64,000 nt of DNA from Escherichia phage VEc25. Made by a program: the position numbers and the translations under genes. The stretch is from the sequence record MW175414.1; one strand, given 5' to 3'. Of this stretch, positions 9,155 to 17,985 are shown piece after piece. The notes beneath the pieces were generated by a model. The model ran no database searches. It was not told the origin of the DNA and worked only from the letters and a program-made list of their open reading frames with translations. How positions within the stretch are numbered: position 1 is the first letter of the stretch; each line of letters starts with the position of its first letter.

Positions 9155-9379
9155 ATGAAAGTAAATGTTTTACGTCGTAAGAAAGTTCCTTTCTTTCAAA
9201 TCAATTGTGGTTCATGTTTTCAACACGATGATGACTACTATATGAAGTGTAGTTATCAATCTAAAGAACACTTCTACGGTGTGAATTTACAAACAGGGCA
9301 TCTGTTCACATTTGATAATAATGACTTTGTTTATCCTGTGACTTTAGAAGCATGTATTCCTGACCCACTTAATAAATAG
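9155..9379 (+). CDS. Hypothetical protein
   Basis: ORF on the + strand. Confidence 0.35.
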   Translation: MKVNVLRRKKVPFFQINCGSCFQHDDDYYMKCSYQSKEHFYGVNLQTGHLFTFDNNDFVYPVTLEACIPDPLNK

Positions 9380-9380
9380 T

Positions 9381-9737
9381 ATGGCTCAAGAAAAGAATCG
9401 TCGTCAGACACTTATCGAACGTATTCAGGCCAGAATCAAATTACAGGACTTAGGCTATACCGTTAATGGTCAGCCTAGTCTCTGTCACATCTGGACTGGT
9501 TCACATTCAGGTAATGGACGTGGTGGGCAATATGGCAGGATTTCCGTGAATGGAGTTACCTCTGCAACTCATATTATTGCCTATACCCATTATCATGGTT
9601 ATATCCCCAATAAGATGCAAGTAGACCATCTCTGTAATAACCGTCTGTGCTGTAACCCTGAACATCTTGAATTGGTTACTCACCAAGAGAACCAGAGAAG
9701 AAGGGCTAAGCGTTCTAAATCTAAAGGAAATAAATAA
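9381..9737 (+). CDS. HNH endonuclease
   Basis: HNH motif region HYHGYIPNKMQVDHLCNNRLCCNPEHLELVTHQEN. Confidence 0.65.
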   Translation: MAQEKNRRQTLIERIQARIKLQDLGYTVNGQPSLCHIWTGSHSGNGRGGQYGRISVNGVTSATHIIAYTHYHGYIPNKMQVDHLCNNRLCCNPEHLELVTHQENQRRRAKRSKSKGNK

Positions 9738-9908
9738 ATGATTAAAAAACTTATTTGTAAACTTATTGCAGCAATCTTAATTAGTATTATTGGTATTGCA
9801 TGGGTAATTTCTACGCCAGATAACGTTATGCAACAAATTTATTATGCTGTATATACATCAACCTCTTTTGTTTGGGTTTATGTAATGTACCGTATTTGTA
9901 GCGACTAA
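9738..9908 (+). CDS. Small hydrophobic membrane protein (56 aa)
   Basis: ATG overlaps the stop of the HNH gene; two hydrophobic segments. Below the 60-aa ORF-track threshold, read by hand. Confidence 0.3.
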   Translation: MIKKLICKLIAAILISIIGIAWVISTPDNVMQQIYYAVYTSTSFVWVYVMYRICSD

Positions 9909-9937
9909 TACTTAATATAGCTTAACTGGAGAGTAAA

Positions 9938-10996
9938 ATGGCTAGTATTGATTCTATTGCCGTATGTAATCCACGGCAGGTACGTAAATTTGTTGAACAC
10001 TGTATCCGTTCAGGATTGGTTCCATTTATCACTTCATCTCCTGGTATGGGTAAATCTGCAATTGTTCGTCAGATTGCAGAAGATTTTGGCCTGAAACTGA
10101 TTGACCATCGTCTGTCTACTTCAGCACCAGAAGACCTGTCAGGTCTGCCTCGTTTTAAAGAAAATGGTCGTGCTGAATTTGCTCCATTTGATGAGCTATT
10201 CCCATTGGAAGGGGATGTTGTACCTGAAGGATTTAATGGCTGGCTTCTCTTTCTCGATGAGTTTAACTCTGCTCGTAAAGAGATTCAGGCTGCTGCTTAT
10301 AAATTGGTACTCGACCGTATGACTGGTCAGAAGAAGCTACATCCTTATGTAGCTATCGTATGTGCTGGTAACAAAGCAACTGACCGTGCCATTACTAATA
10401 ACCTATCTACAGCTATGCAATCACGTCTTATTCATCTGGAAATGGAGACTGATTTTGATGTCTTCATGGAAGATGTAGCCATCCCTAATAAGTGGGATGA
10501 GCGTGTAATTGCATTCCTGAATGCTAACCCAAATAAACTGAATGATTTTGAACCAGACCATCAAGAGAAGACTTTCTGTTGTTCTCGTACATGGGAGTTC
10601 GTTAACAAGATTGTTTCCATTCTCCCACCAGGACCAATTAATAGTGAAATGACTCTACTGTTAGCAGGCACTATCACTTCTGGTGTAGCAACATCATTCG
10701 TCCAGTTTACTCAGGTCTATAGCAACATGGTGTCTTTGAATGAGATTTTGGATAATCCTAAGAAAGCTCGTATGCCTGAAGACAATAACCTGTTGTGGGC
10801 TGTAGTCACTTCACTGATTAACAATACTGACGAAGATAATCATTCGAAAATCTTTGATTACGTTGAACGTATGCCATTTACGTTCAAGGTTTTGTACTAC
10901 CGTTCCGTAGGTAGTCTGGTTCCAGCTTTGGTTAAATTACCGAACTGGCGTGTTGCTGCAATCACATTATCTAAATACGTTCATGGTTCCAATTAA
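9938..10996 (+). CDS. AAA+ ATPase, MoxR-like
   Basis: Walker A SSPGMGKSA; Walker B-like LLFLDEFN; downstream VWA partner. Confidence 0.65.
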   Translation: MASIDSIAVCNPRQVRKFVEHCIRSGLVPFITSSPGMGKSAIVRQIAEDFGLKLIDHRLSTSAPEDLSGLPRFKENGRAEFAPFDELFPLEGDVVPEGFNGWLLFLDEFNSARKEIQAAAYKLVLDRMTGQKKLHPYVAIVCAGNKATDRAITNNLSTAMQSRLIHLEMETDFDVFMEDVAIPNKWDERVIAFLNANPNKLNDFEPDHQEKTFCCSRTWEFVNKIVSILPPGPINSEMTLLLAGTITSGVATSFVQFTQVYSNMVSLNEILDNPKKARMPEDNNLLWAVVTSLINNTDEDNHSKIFDYVERMPFTFKVLYYRSVGSLVPALVKLPNWRVAAITLSKYVHGSN

Positions 10997-11163
10997 TAAG
11001 AAGGGAGTTACAGACCTCCTGTATGTTGCTGGCTTTAACGGTGAAGAAATTACCGTATATGCCTCAAGTCTGGCTGCTGCTAAACAAAAGGCAGTTGAAT
11101 ACTTTCGTCCAAAGAAACGTGTAGCCCATACTATTTGGGTTCATCTCGCAGAGGAAAACTGAT

Positions 11164-12306
11164 ATGTCCATGACAGATGCTCAATTAACCCGTGAATATG
11201 ACAGATGTCAGGCTAAAGCCTTTATGGGCAAAACTGCTGCATTCTTTGGTTCACTGTTATGTTCTCTGAAGTTCCGTTGGGTAAAAGATGGCTGTGATAC
11301 AGCACAAACCGATGGTGAGCATCTCGAATGGAATCCTGATTGGTTTGAAAGTCTATTACCTGAATCTCGTGTAACAGTACTTATGCATGAACTATGGCAT
11401 GTCGGCTTACTGCATTCTGTTCGTATGGGTTCTCGTGACCCAGAAGTATGGAATTATGCCTGTGATATTTATATCAACAATCAGCTTATTCAGGATGGCT
11501 ACAGCTTTATAGAAATCGAAAATTGCTGGAAAGACCTTAAGTATGCTGGTTGGGCTGAAGAACAAATCTATGATGACCTCATGAGCAAACAGATACGTCC
11601 TCCTAAAGCATCAGGTGCTTTTGGGACTGGCTCAGGTGGTGACATGAAACCTTCCACTTCGAAGGCTAGTCAGGTGAATATTGTCAATAATGTAGTAAGA
11701 GCCATGCACCAACAGAAACTATCTGGTGGCTCTTTGCCTGGGGTATTACCTGGAAAAATGGAAGAAGTTATTACTCAATTCCTGAAACCAGTAGTACCGT
11801 GGCAGGTTTTACTTGAACGCTTCTTCAATGACCTGCAAGAAACTTACTACTCATGGCAACGGCCTAATCGTAGATACCCTGATATGTACCTACCATCTCC
11901 TATGGATGATGACGGTAAACTGGAACATCTGGCTTATTTCCTCGATACATCTGGCTCCATTAAACCTAAAGATGCTTTACGCTTTAGCTCTGAAGTGGCC
12001 TATGTAAAAGAGAAATATCAGCCTCAGAAGATGACTCTAGTTCAGTTCACTACAGAGATTGTAGACGAACAAGTCATTGAAGATGGTGATAAGTTTACTG
12101 ATGTCACTATCAAAGGACGTGGTGGTACTAGTCTGGTTCCTGTACGTGAGTGGATTATTAAGCATAAGCCTACTGCTGCCATTATCTTTACTGACTTAGA
12201 AGTCAGACCGATGGAGCCATTGCCATTTGACATTCCTGTCATATGGGTAGTTATTCGTAACCCTGGTGCACAAGTTCCATTTGGGAAAATTATTAACATT
12301 ACATGA
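11164..12306 (+). CDS. VWA-domain protein with N-terminal HExxH metallopeptidase-like domain
   Basis: HELWH motif N-terminally; MIDAS-like FLDTSGS in the C-terminal half; adjacent to the MoxR-like ATPase. Confidence 0.6.
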   Translation: MSMTDAQLTREYDRCQAKAFMGKTAAFFGSLLCSLKFRWVKDGCDTAQTDGEHLEWNPDWFESLLPESRVTVLMHELWHVGLLHSVRMGSRDPEVWNYACDIYINNQLIQDGYSFIEIENCWKDLKYAGWAEEQIYDDLMSKQIRPPKASGAFGTGSGGDMKPSTSKASQVNIVNNVVRAMHQQKLSGGSLPGVLPGKMEEVITQFLKPVVPWQVLLERFFNDLQETYYSWQRPNRRYPDMYLPSPMDDDGKLEHLAYFLDTSGSIKPKDALRFSSEVAYVKEKYQPQKMTLVQFTTEIVDEQVIEDGDKFTDVTIKGRGGTSLVPVREWIIKHKPTAAIIFTDLEVRPMEPLPFDIPVIWVVIRNPGAQVPFGKIINIT

Positions 12307-12312
12307 GGTTTT

Positions 12313-12819
12313 ATGGTTGTTAATGGAAAACTATTGTTAGGTGCTATGCCCATTAAGGGCATGGTTAACAGTAAACTCAGTTCAGGTGAGACTACATTTG
12401 GACTGGGAGAAGCTGGTTATGACATCCGTATTAAACAGGATGTTACCTTCTACCGATTTCTTGGTTTGATTCCCTGCATCAAGATTAAAGATGAAGGAAA
12501 GACCAAGTGGAAGTTTGGCACTTTCACATTAGCTTCTGCAATGGAACGTTTCAATGTACCTGCTGGCCTAGTAGGTATTGTCCATGACAAATCCACATGG
12601 GCAAGGCGTACATTATCTGTATTCAATACCGTTATTGAACCAGGATGGTCAGGCTATCTGACTTTAGAACTGGTTTATCACGGTCGTAAAAAACTTCATA
12701 TCCCTGCTGGTTCAGGTATTGCTCAGGTCATCTTCCATGAGACAGTAGAGAATACTGCCTACAATGGGCGATACCAGAACCAGCCTAATCAACCTGTAGC
12801 TGCTAAGTCAGCTCGTTAA
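12313..12819 (+). CDS. dCTP deaminase / dUTPase-fold protein
   Basis: GLGEAGYDIRI motif and beta-rich 168-aa size typical of dCTP deaminases. Confidence 0.5.
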   Translation: MVVNGKLLLGAMPIKGMVNSKLSSGETTFGLGEAGYDIRIKQDVTFYRFLGLIPCIKIKDEGKTKWKFGTFTLASAMERFNVPAGLVGIVHDKSTWARRTLSVFNTVIEPGWSGYLTLELVYHGRKKLHIPAGSGIAQVIFHETVENTAYNGRYQNQPNQPVAAKSAR

Positions 12820-12832
12820 TTAAGGAAATATC

Positions 12833-13033
12833 ATGTCTATCTTTACTACTAAGGTTAATGGTCAGAAAGTTACTGTTGTTGCTCGTAACGTAGCTTACGT
12901 TACTGAAAACAGTGAAGGCCGTGGTGTAATTACTTTTACTAACGGTGATTCCATTGATACTCAGGTAGGTTATGACTCTATCCGTCGTAACGTAGCTAAA
13001 GCACTTGATGGTGCTAAAGACATCGCAGAGTAA
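12833..13033 (+). CDS. Hypothetical protein
   Basis: 66-aa ORF with RBS; preferred over the antisense ORF. Confidence 0.4.
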   Translation: MSIFTTKVNGQKVTVVARNVAYVTENSEGRGVITFTNGDSIDTQVGYDSIRRNVAKALDGAKDIAE

Positions 13034-13108
13034 GGTGTTTACAGTAATGGGGTTATATAGTAGCCCCATTTATGGAAATTCCTTTCTCCATTGCTTAGTC
13101 CCAACTAT

Positions 13109-13132
13109 GCCCACTTTATGTGGGCTTTTTTA
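13109..13132 (+). terminator. Rho-independent terminator
   Basis: gcccac-tttat-gtgggc followed by TTTTTT. Confidence 0.5.
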
Positions 13133-13146
13133 ATTAGAGACTATGT

Positions 13147-13389
13147 ATGAGCAAACTAGGTATACACGTTTACATAGATGAAGCCGAGAAGATATACCCC
13201 TATACCTTATTTAGTTCCAGTGATTTACTTCAGATGAAGGTAAACTCCATCATCGTAAACTACTGGTATAACGATAAGAATTGGGATTACTGGGCTGCAC
13301 GACAGAAGAGTAAGAACAAGAAAGATATATTCAAAAGCAAATCAACTCCACATATGTTTCCTTGGTATCACAGAAACCGGAGATATTGA
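13147..13389 (+). CDS. Hypothetical protein
   Basis: ORF on the + strand. Confidence 0.35.
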   Translation: MSKLGIHVYIDEAEKIYPYTLFSSSDLLQMKVNSIIVNYWYNDKNWDYWAARQKSKNKKDIFKSKSTPHMFPWYHRNRRY

Positions 13390-13850
13390 TGACAAGAATA
13401 CCATTTTTAAAGCCTAGAAAACGAACACCAAAGCTGTATCAAAAGACTTCAGAAGACGGTTTAGCCTTGAACCAGAAAGCTATTAAGGCCGTTAGTGCAC
13501 TGGTTCAAGGTAAACAGGATGCTGTTGCTTTACGTCTTGTTGTTGAGCAAATCTTAGTTGCTCTGACACTGGCTCAAGTAGCTAAACAAGAAGGTAAACA
13601 AGAAACCTGTAAAACAGCATTAGGTGCTTTGTACTGGTTGTATAAAGACCTTGCTGACAACTTTGAAATGTCTATGGATAAGTGGCAGGGCATTTCTTGT
13701 GTACTTGCTCTTAGAGAAGGGCAGGAATTACTGTCTACTCTACCAAAAGCAGAATTTAAACTAGCCTACACTGGAGCACATAAGATTGTTCTTGGTTCCA
13801 GTAAGGACATCTTTAACCACCTCAAGCTATTCAAGGCTTTCTATGATTAA
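13362..13850 (+). CDS. Hypothetical protein
   Basis: ORF; the start may be the internal ATG at 13389. Confidence 0.4.
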   Translation: MVSQKPEILMTRIPFLKPRKRTPKLYQKTSEDGLALNQKAIKAVSALVQGKQDAVALRLVVEQILVALTLAQVAKQEGKQETCKTALGALYWLYKDLADNFEMSMDKWQGISCVLALREGQELLSTLPKAEFKLAYTGAHKIVLGSSKDIFNHLKLFKAFYD

Positions 13851-14784
13851 TGCAAAAATCCTCGCTGATAGTATTACTCTTTCTGGTGACCGCCTGGTAA
13901 CAATGGAACTGGTTTATCCGCGTTTCATTCATTCAGAATTTATGACTCACCGAGCACTTAATCGTAATGCTTCCAGTAGTCGTGCTATTCCTACCCAACG
14001 CCTTATTGAGCAAGTTCGCAATGAACCAGTAATGCCAGTACATTGGGGTAAGAACCAGAAAGGAATGCAGGCAAGTGAAGAACTCACTCCTATGGAGATT
14101 AAGGATGCTGAGTTCATTTGGGAAAATGCTGCCTCTGCTGCTGCTGTATATGCTGAACAACTTCGTCGCGGACAAGTACATAAGCAGATTGTTAATCGTA
14201 TTCTGGAACCATTCACGCATATCCGTGTAGTAGTGACAGCTACTCAATGGAATAACTTCTTTGGTTTACGCATTCATCCCGATGCTCAACCAGAGATTTG
14301 TGAATTGGCTACTAAGATGAAGGAACAGTATGACCAATCAAAACCCCGTACCCTGTTGGCTGGGGAATGGCATTTGCCGTACATTACTAATAGTGATTAC
14401 CTCGATGCTTACGATTATTGCAAACATCAACGAATTACTCGTGATGAACCAAGTAGTGATGAGATTAATTGCCTGTTAGTAAAAATCTCTGCTGCTCGTT
14501 GTGCCCGTGCTTCCTATAACAACTTTAAAGGTACTCCTTCTACTATCGAAGAAGACCTGCGTTTGTTCTCTAAATTGGTTGAAAGTAAGCCTGTTCACGC
14601 AAGTCCTACTGAACATCAAGCAACTCCTCAGCATGTAATGAGTAAAGGCTTAAATGAGCCTACTGACCCATCTACATGGGAAAATGGCATTAGCCACATG
14701 GACAGAAATTTACGTTTATACTCAGGTAATCTATGTGGCTGGATTCAATTCCGTAAGCTGCTTGCAGATGAATGCATCCACTAA
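13843..14784 (+). CDS. ThyX-like flavin-dependent thymidylate synthase (divergent)
   Basis: THRALNRNASSSR segment aligns with the ThyX RHRx7SxR signature, but the first Arg is replaced by Thr; ATGATTAA overlap with the upstream gene. Confidence 0.45.
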   Translation: MINAKILADSITLSGDRLVTMELVYPRFIHSEFMTHRALNRNASSSRAIPTQRLIEQVRNEPVMPVHWGKNQKGMQASEELTPMEIKDAEFIWENAASAAAVYAEQLRRGQVHKQIVNRILEPFTHIRVVVTATQWNNFFGLRIHPDAQPEICELATKMKEQYDQSKPRTLLAGEWHLPYITNSDYLDAYDYCKHQRITRDEPSSDEINCLLVKISAARCARASYNNFKGTPSTIEEDLRLFSKLVESKPVHASPTEHQATPQHVMSKGLNEPTDPSTWENGISHMDRNLRLYSGNLCGWIQFRKLLADECIH

Positions 14785-14829
14785 GTAGGTCTTTTGTGGG
14801 TGTAGACCACTCATAATAAACTCCGCTAT

Positions 14830-14857
14830 TTGCCTCCTACATGGAGGCAATTTTTTT
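14830..14857 (+). terminator. Rho-independent terminator
   Basis: ttgcctcc-tacat-ggaggcaa followed by TTTTTTT. Confidence 0.6.
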
Positions 14858-14881
14858 GATTCCATGTACATAGGAGGCTAT

Positions 14882-15115
14882 ATGGCTAAACCACGTAAAT
14901 TCCGTATTAAGGATAAGCCTGTAATGGGTAGTGCTGCCGGTCAGTCACATGAGAAAGGAGACATTGTTTATGAATGCCTTCAGTATGATTACGGCGTTGC
15001 TCATGATGACACTCGTGCTACTGGTGTCCCACATACCTCAGTAACTCTTGAGGAAGATGGTAGCTACCCATTCTTCACTGTTCCTACTCATAACCTGGAA
15101 GAAATTCATGATTGA
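14882..15115 (+). CDS. Hypothetical protein
   Basis: ATG with aggaggc RBS. Confidence 0.4.
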   Translation: MAKPRKFRIKDKPVMGSAAGQSHEKGDIVYECLQYDYGVAHDDTRATGVPHTSVTLEEDGSYPFFTVPTHNLEEIHD

Positions 15116-15434
15116 CCCAAATATCATCCATGCCAAAACAGGCGAATCCCATAAGCTGTCTGAATATTCCAAAGTAGAAGATATTGCAGTTTGTCCTGCA
15201 AATATTGCTTCTCTTTGTATCTGTATTGCAGAGCTATCTAAAGAACGCCAACTATGGCTATCTCCTAATAAAACAATGGTTCAGGCAGGTCTGGCAGAAG
15301 TGCAACGTATGCTGGATGAATGGTCTGAAGACCAGATGTTCATTGATGGCAATGCAGAAGCAATAACCGATGACATGGCCTCTGATATGGCTGTGTTTGT
15401 ATTACAAGCAATGGCTGAAAAGCGTAGTAGTTAA
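15108..15434 (+). CDS. Hypothetical protein
   Basis: ATG overlapping the upstream stop (ATGATTGA). Confidence 0.4.
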   Translation: MIDPNIIHAKTGESHKLSEYSKVEDIAVCPANIASLCICIAELSKERQLWLSPNKTMVQAGLAEVQRMLDEWSEDQMFIDGNAEAITDDMASDMAVFVLQAMAEKRSS

Positions 15435-15459
15435 TTAATAATTTACTGGAGAAAATTCG

Positions 15460-17985
15460 ATGCAAGTAGCTGACTCTACTGAACTGACCACATCAGCAAC
15501 GTTGGGTGCTCAAGATGCTATGGCCTTCGGTATTTCTGAAGACCCAGCATTCTTCCAAATACTCAGTGCTAACCTCTATTCTAATCAGAAACTGGCAATG
15601 GTACGTGAGACATTGTGCAATAGCTGGGATGCTCATATTGAGGGGAATAAAACAGATATTCCTATCCATGTAACCATTGATAAAGATGGTTTCCTTATCT
15701 TCCGTGACTATGGTTCTGGTATTCCTAAAGATAAGATTCAAGAGGTCTATGGGGTATATGGTGCATCTACCAAGAAAGCTAATACTGCTTCCACCGGTGG
15801 CTTTGGCTTAGGATGTAAATCCCCTATGGCCTATACAGACAGTTTTACTGTCACATCTATGTGTGACGGAACCAAGACTGTCTATCACATTGCTAAATCT
15901 TCTGTTGAGACTAACGGTAAACCAGGGATTATTCCTATTGTTAGCGTACCTACTGAAGAATCCGGGCTTGAAGTTAAAATTCAGCTTCAGTCAGAAGATA
16001 TTTTAGAAATTGATTCATATATTCGAGCCATTGTATTACATGGCGAGATTAAATGTATTTACTACAATCAGTATACAGGACCAAATACAGTAGAATTACT
16101 GCCTGTACTGGGTATGTCTTTTGAACCAGGTAGCTATAACCTAGACCATAGCACATGGCATAAATATTACATGGGCAGTCATTCAATATTTATCCGTTAT
16201 GGTAATGTTATGTACCCTGCTTTGGATACCCCTGCTACACATGAAGCATTAAAACTGGTTAAACAGTTTATGCAGGTTATTAACTGTAGCCGTATCGTTG
16301 TTCAAGCTGCCCCATCATCACTAGCTGTAGCACCTAGCCGTGAAACACTGTCATCTCAAAAAATGACCGAAGACGGTATTGTAAATTTGGCTGTAGCTTT
16401 AGTAGATAAAATGGAAGCAGATATTAAAGCTCGTCTTCCAAATGCTATTGAATATATTGGGAAGGCTATTAAAGAATATAGTCCTCACCGTTTTGAAGTA
16501 AATAGTTATTTGCCTTACACCAATTTAGTGCCTGATGTTATTGTCAGTCGTTATATGTCCTCTACTTTATTCAGTAAGCAATATGCCCATCTGTGTAAGA
16601 AATGGGGAAATATGGAAATTGACCGTCAACTAGAACATCCTGCACTGGCTCATTTCTCTGGTTCTCAAAAAGCCCATCTCCGTAAGCATTTAAAGAGGGC
16701 TAAGGATTTACGTAATTACAGGGAATTAACTAAAGTATTTACTGATATGGCTATTAAGCCAATGTTCAAAACCTTTGCTAAATTGGGGATTACTAAAGGT
16801 ATTTCCCTATTTCATTATCAATATGGTGTTGAACTGTGGCGTAATAATATTGTTAATAGTGTTCGTAGAATACACTCATTAAACTTCATGACTTATAGTT
16901 CTAAGAAGTGCCGTGTATTTGTTACCCCACGTATTACCAATATTGAAGATAGTCTGGCTGGGTATCCAGAGTTTGATAATCTTTCTACTGAGACACTGGT
17001 GAAATATAACTCAATCATTGTCAAAGTTGGAACCAAGAAAGGTGAAGCAGAAGCTATGACTAATCTACTCACTAAAGCAGGATACGAAGTCATTAATATG
17101 GCTGAATATCATGAGTGGGATTGTATAGCTCGCAGACGTAAAGAGGAACAAGAGGCTAAATTAGCCATTTCCAAATTACAAGCTAAGAAGGCTACTAATA
17201 AGAAAAAGGTTAGTCCTAATCGTCTTATTAGTATGAATATCCTTGAAATACCAAAAGAGCATCGTAGCTATTCAAGTGAGGTATGTGGTTCTCACTACGC
17301 TTCTCGTTCTCATGACCGAATGGTTGATGTAGATACTCCCCAGTATTACATCATGCAGGAAGATATTAATAACTACACAGGAAGGCTTGGTGTTCTTTCT
17401 ATGTGGCAATTAACCCCTGCTACCATTAAAGCTGTAACTGTTGTTTGTCGTAATAAAATTGAACGTAATAAAGCTATTAAGCGAGGTGCTGTTCATTTGG
17501 ATGAATGGACTGCTCCGTATATTGCTTCAGTTCTTACATCCAAACAATTCATTAAGTATGTCACTAAAGAACGTCAGAAAACGTTAAGTGATATTGGTAT
17601 TTACTCCAAACACCTCAGATTACTGAGAGAACTGGATATTACATATGCCCCATTGAAAGGTCTGCGTTATGACCCAGAACTGGAGAATGCTTATCTCTTC
17701 TTACAAAGTAGTAGCTACCCTAAGCTACGTGCATTGTTAGGGAAGGGTCTGATTACTGAAGAAGAGTATCACTTCCTCAGTGATGTTGATGTGCATTGCA
17801 AGACTTTCAGTAAGTACTCGGAACTTCGTAGGATACCGAAGATGTTCCTTGATATTGATGCTGGGGGTTATATGTTGGCTGCATGTACTGTAGACACATT
17901 GCTTCGTGAAATCGAACAATTCCCTGAATCAATCCCTGCAATCAAACTGCTTGTAAAAGCTGCTCTTAAACGGAATACAGACTGA
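15460..17985 (+). CDS. rIIA-like protein (N-terminal GHKL ATPase fold)
   Basis: Bergerat-fold N-box ETLCNSWDAH and G1 box DYGSGIP; large size; followed by a second large ORF with ATGA overlap. Confidence 0.5.
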   Translation: MQVADSTELTTSATLGAQDAMAFGISEDPAFFQILSANLYSNQKLAMVRETLCNSWDAHIEGNKTDIPIHVTIDKDGFLIFRDYGSGIPKDKIQEVYGVYGASTKKANTASTGGFGLGCKSPMAYTDSFTVTSMCDGTKTVYHIAKSSVETNGKPGIIPIVSVPTEESGLEVKIQLQSEDILEIDSYIRAIVLHGEIKCIYYNQYTGPNTVELLPVLGMSFEPGSYNLDHSTWHKYYMGSHSIFIRYGNVMYPALDTPATHEALKLVKQFMQVINCSRIVVQAAPSSLAVAPSRETLSSQKMTEDGIVNLAVALVDKMEADIKARLPNAIEYIGKAIKEYSPHRFEVNSYLPYTNLVPDVIVSRYMSSTLFSKQYAHLCKKWGNMEIDRQLEHPALAHFSGSQKAHLRKHLKRAKDLRNYRELTKVFTDMAIKPMFKTFAKLGITKGISLFHYQYGVELWRNNIVNSVRRIHSLNFMTYSSKKCRVFVTPRITNIEDSLAGYPEFDNLSTETLVKYNSIIVKVGTKKGEAEAMTNLLTKAGYEVINMAEYHEWDCIARRRKEEQEAKLAISKLQAKKATNKKKVSPNRLISMNILEIPKEHRSYSSEVCGSHYASRSHDRMVDVDTPQYYIMQEDINNYTGRLGVLSMWQLTPATIKAVTVVCRNKIERNKAIKRGAVHLDEWTAPYIASVLTSKQFIKYVTKERQKTLSDIGIYSKHLRLLRELDITYAPLKGLRYDPELENAYLFLQSSSYPKLRALLGKGLITEEEYHFLSDVDVHCKTFSKYSELRRIPKMFLDIDAGGYMLAACTVDTLLREIEQFPESIPAIKLLVKAALKRNTD

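Noticed and set aside
13041-13075. Hairpin atgggg...ccccat as a terminator
   Set aside because: It is not followed by a T-run; the adjacent hairpin at 13109-13132 is the better terminator.
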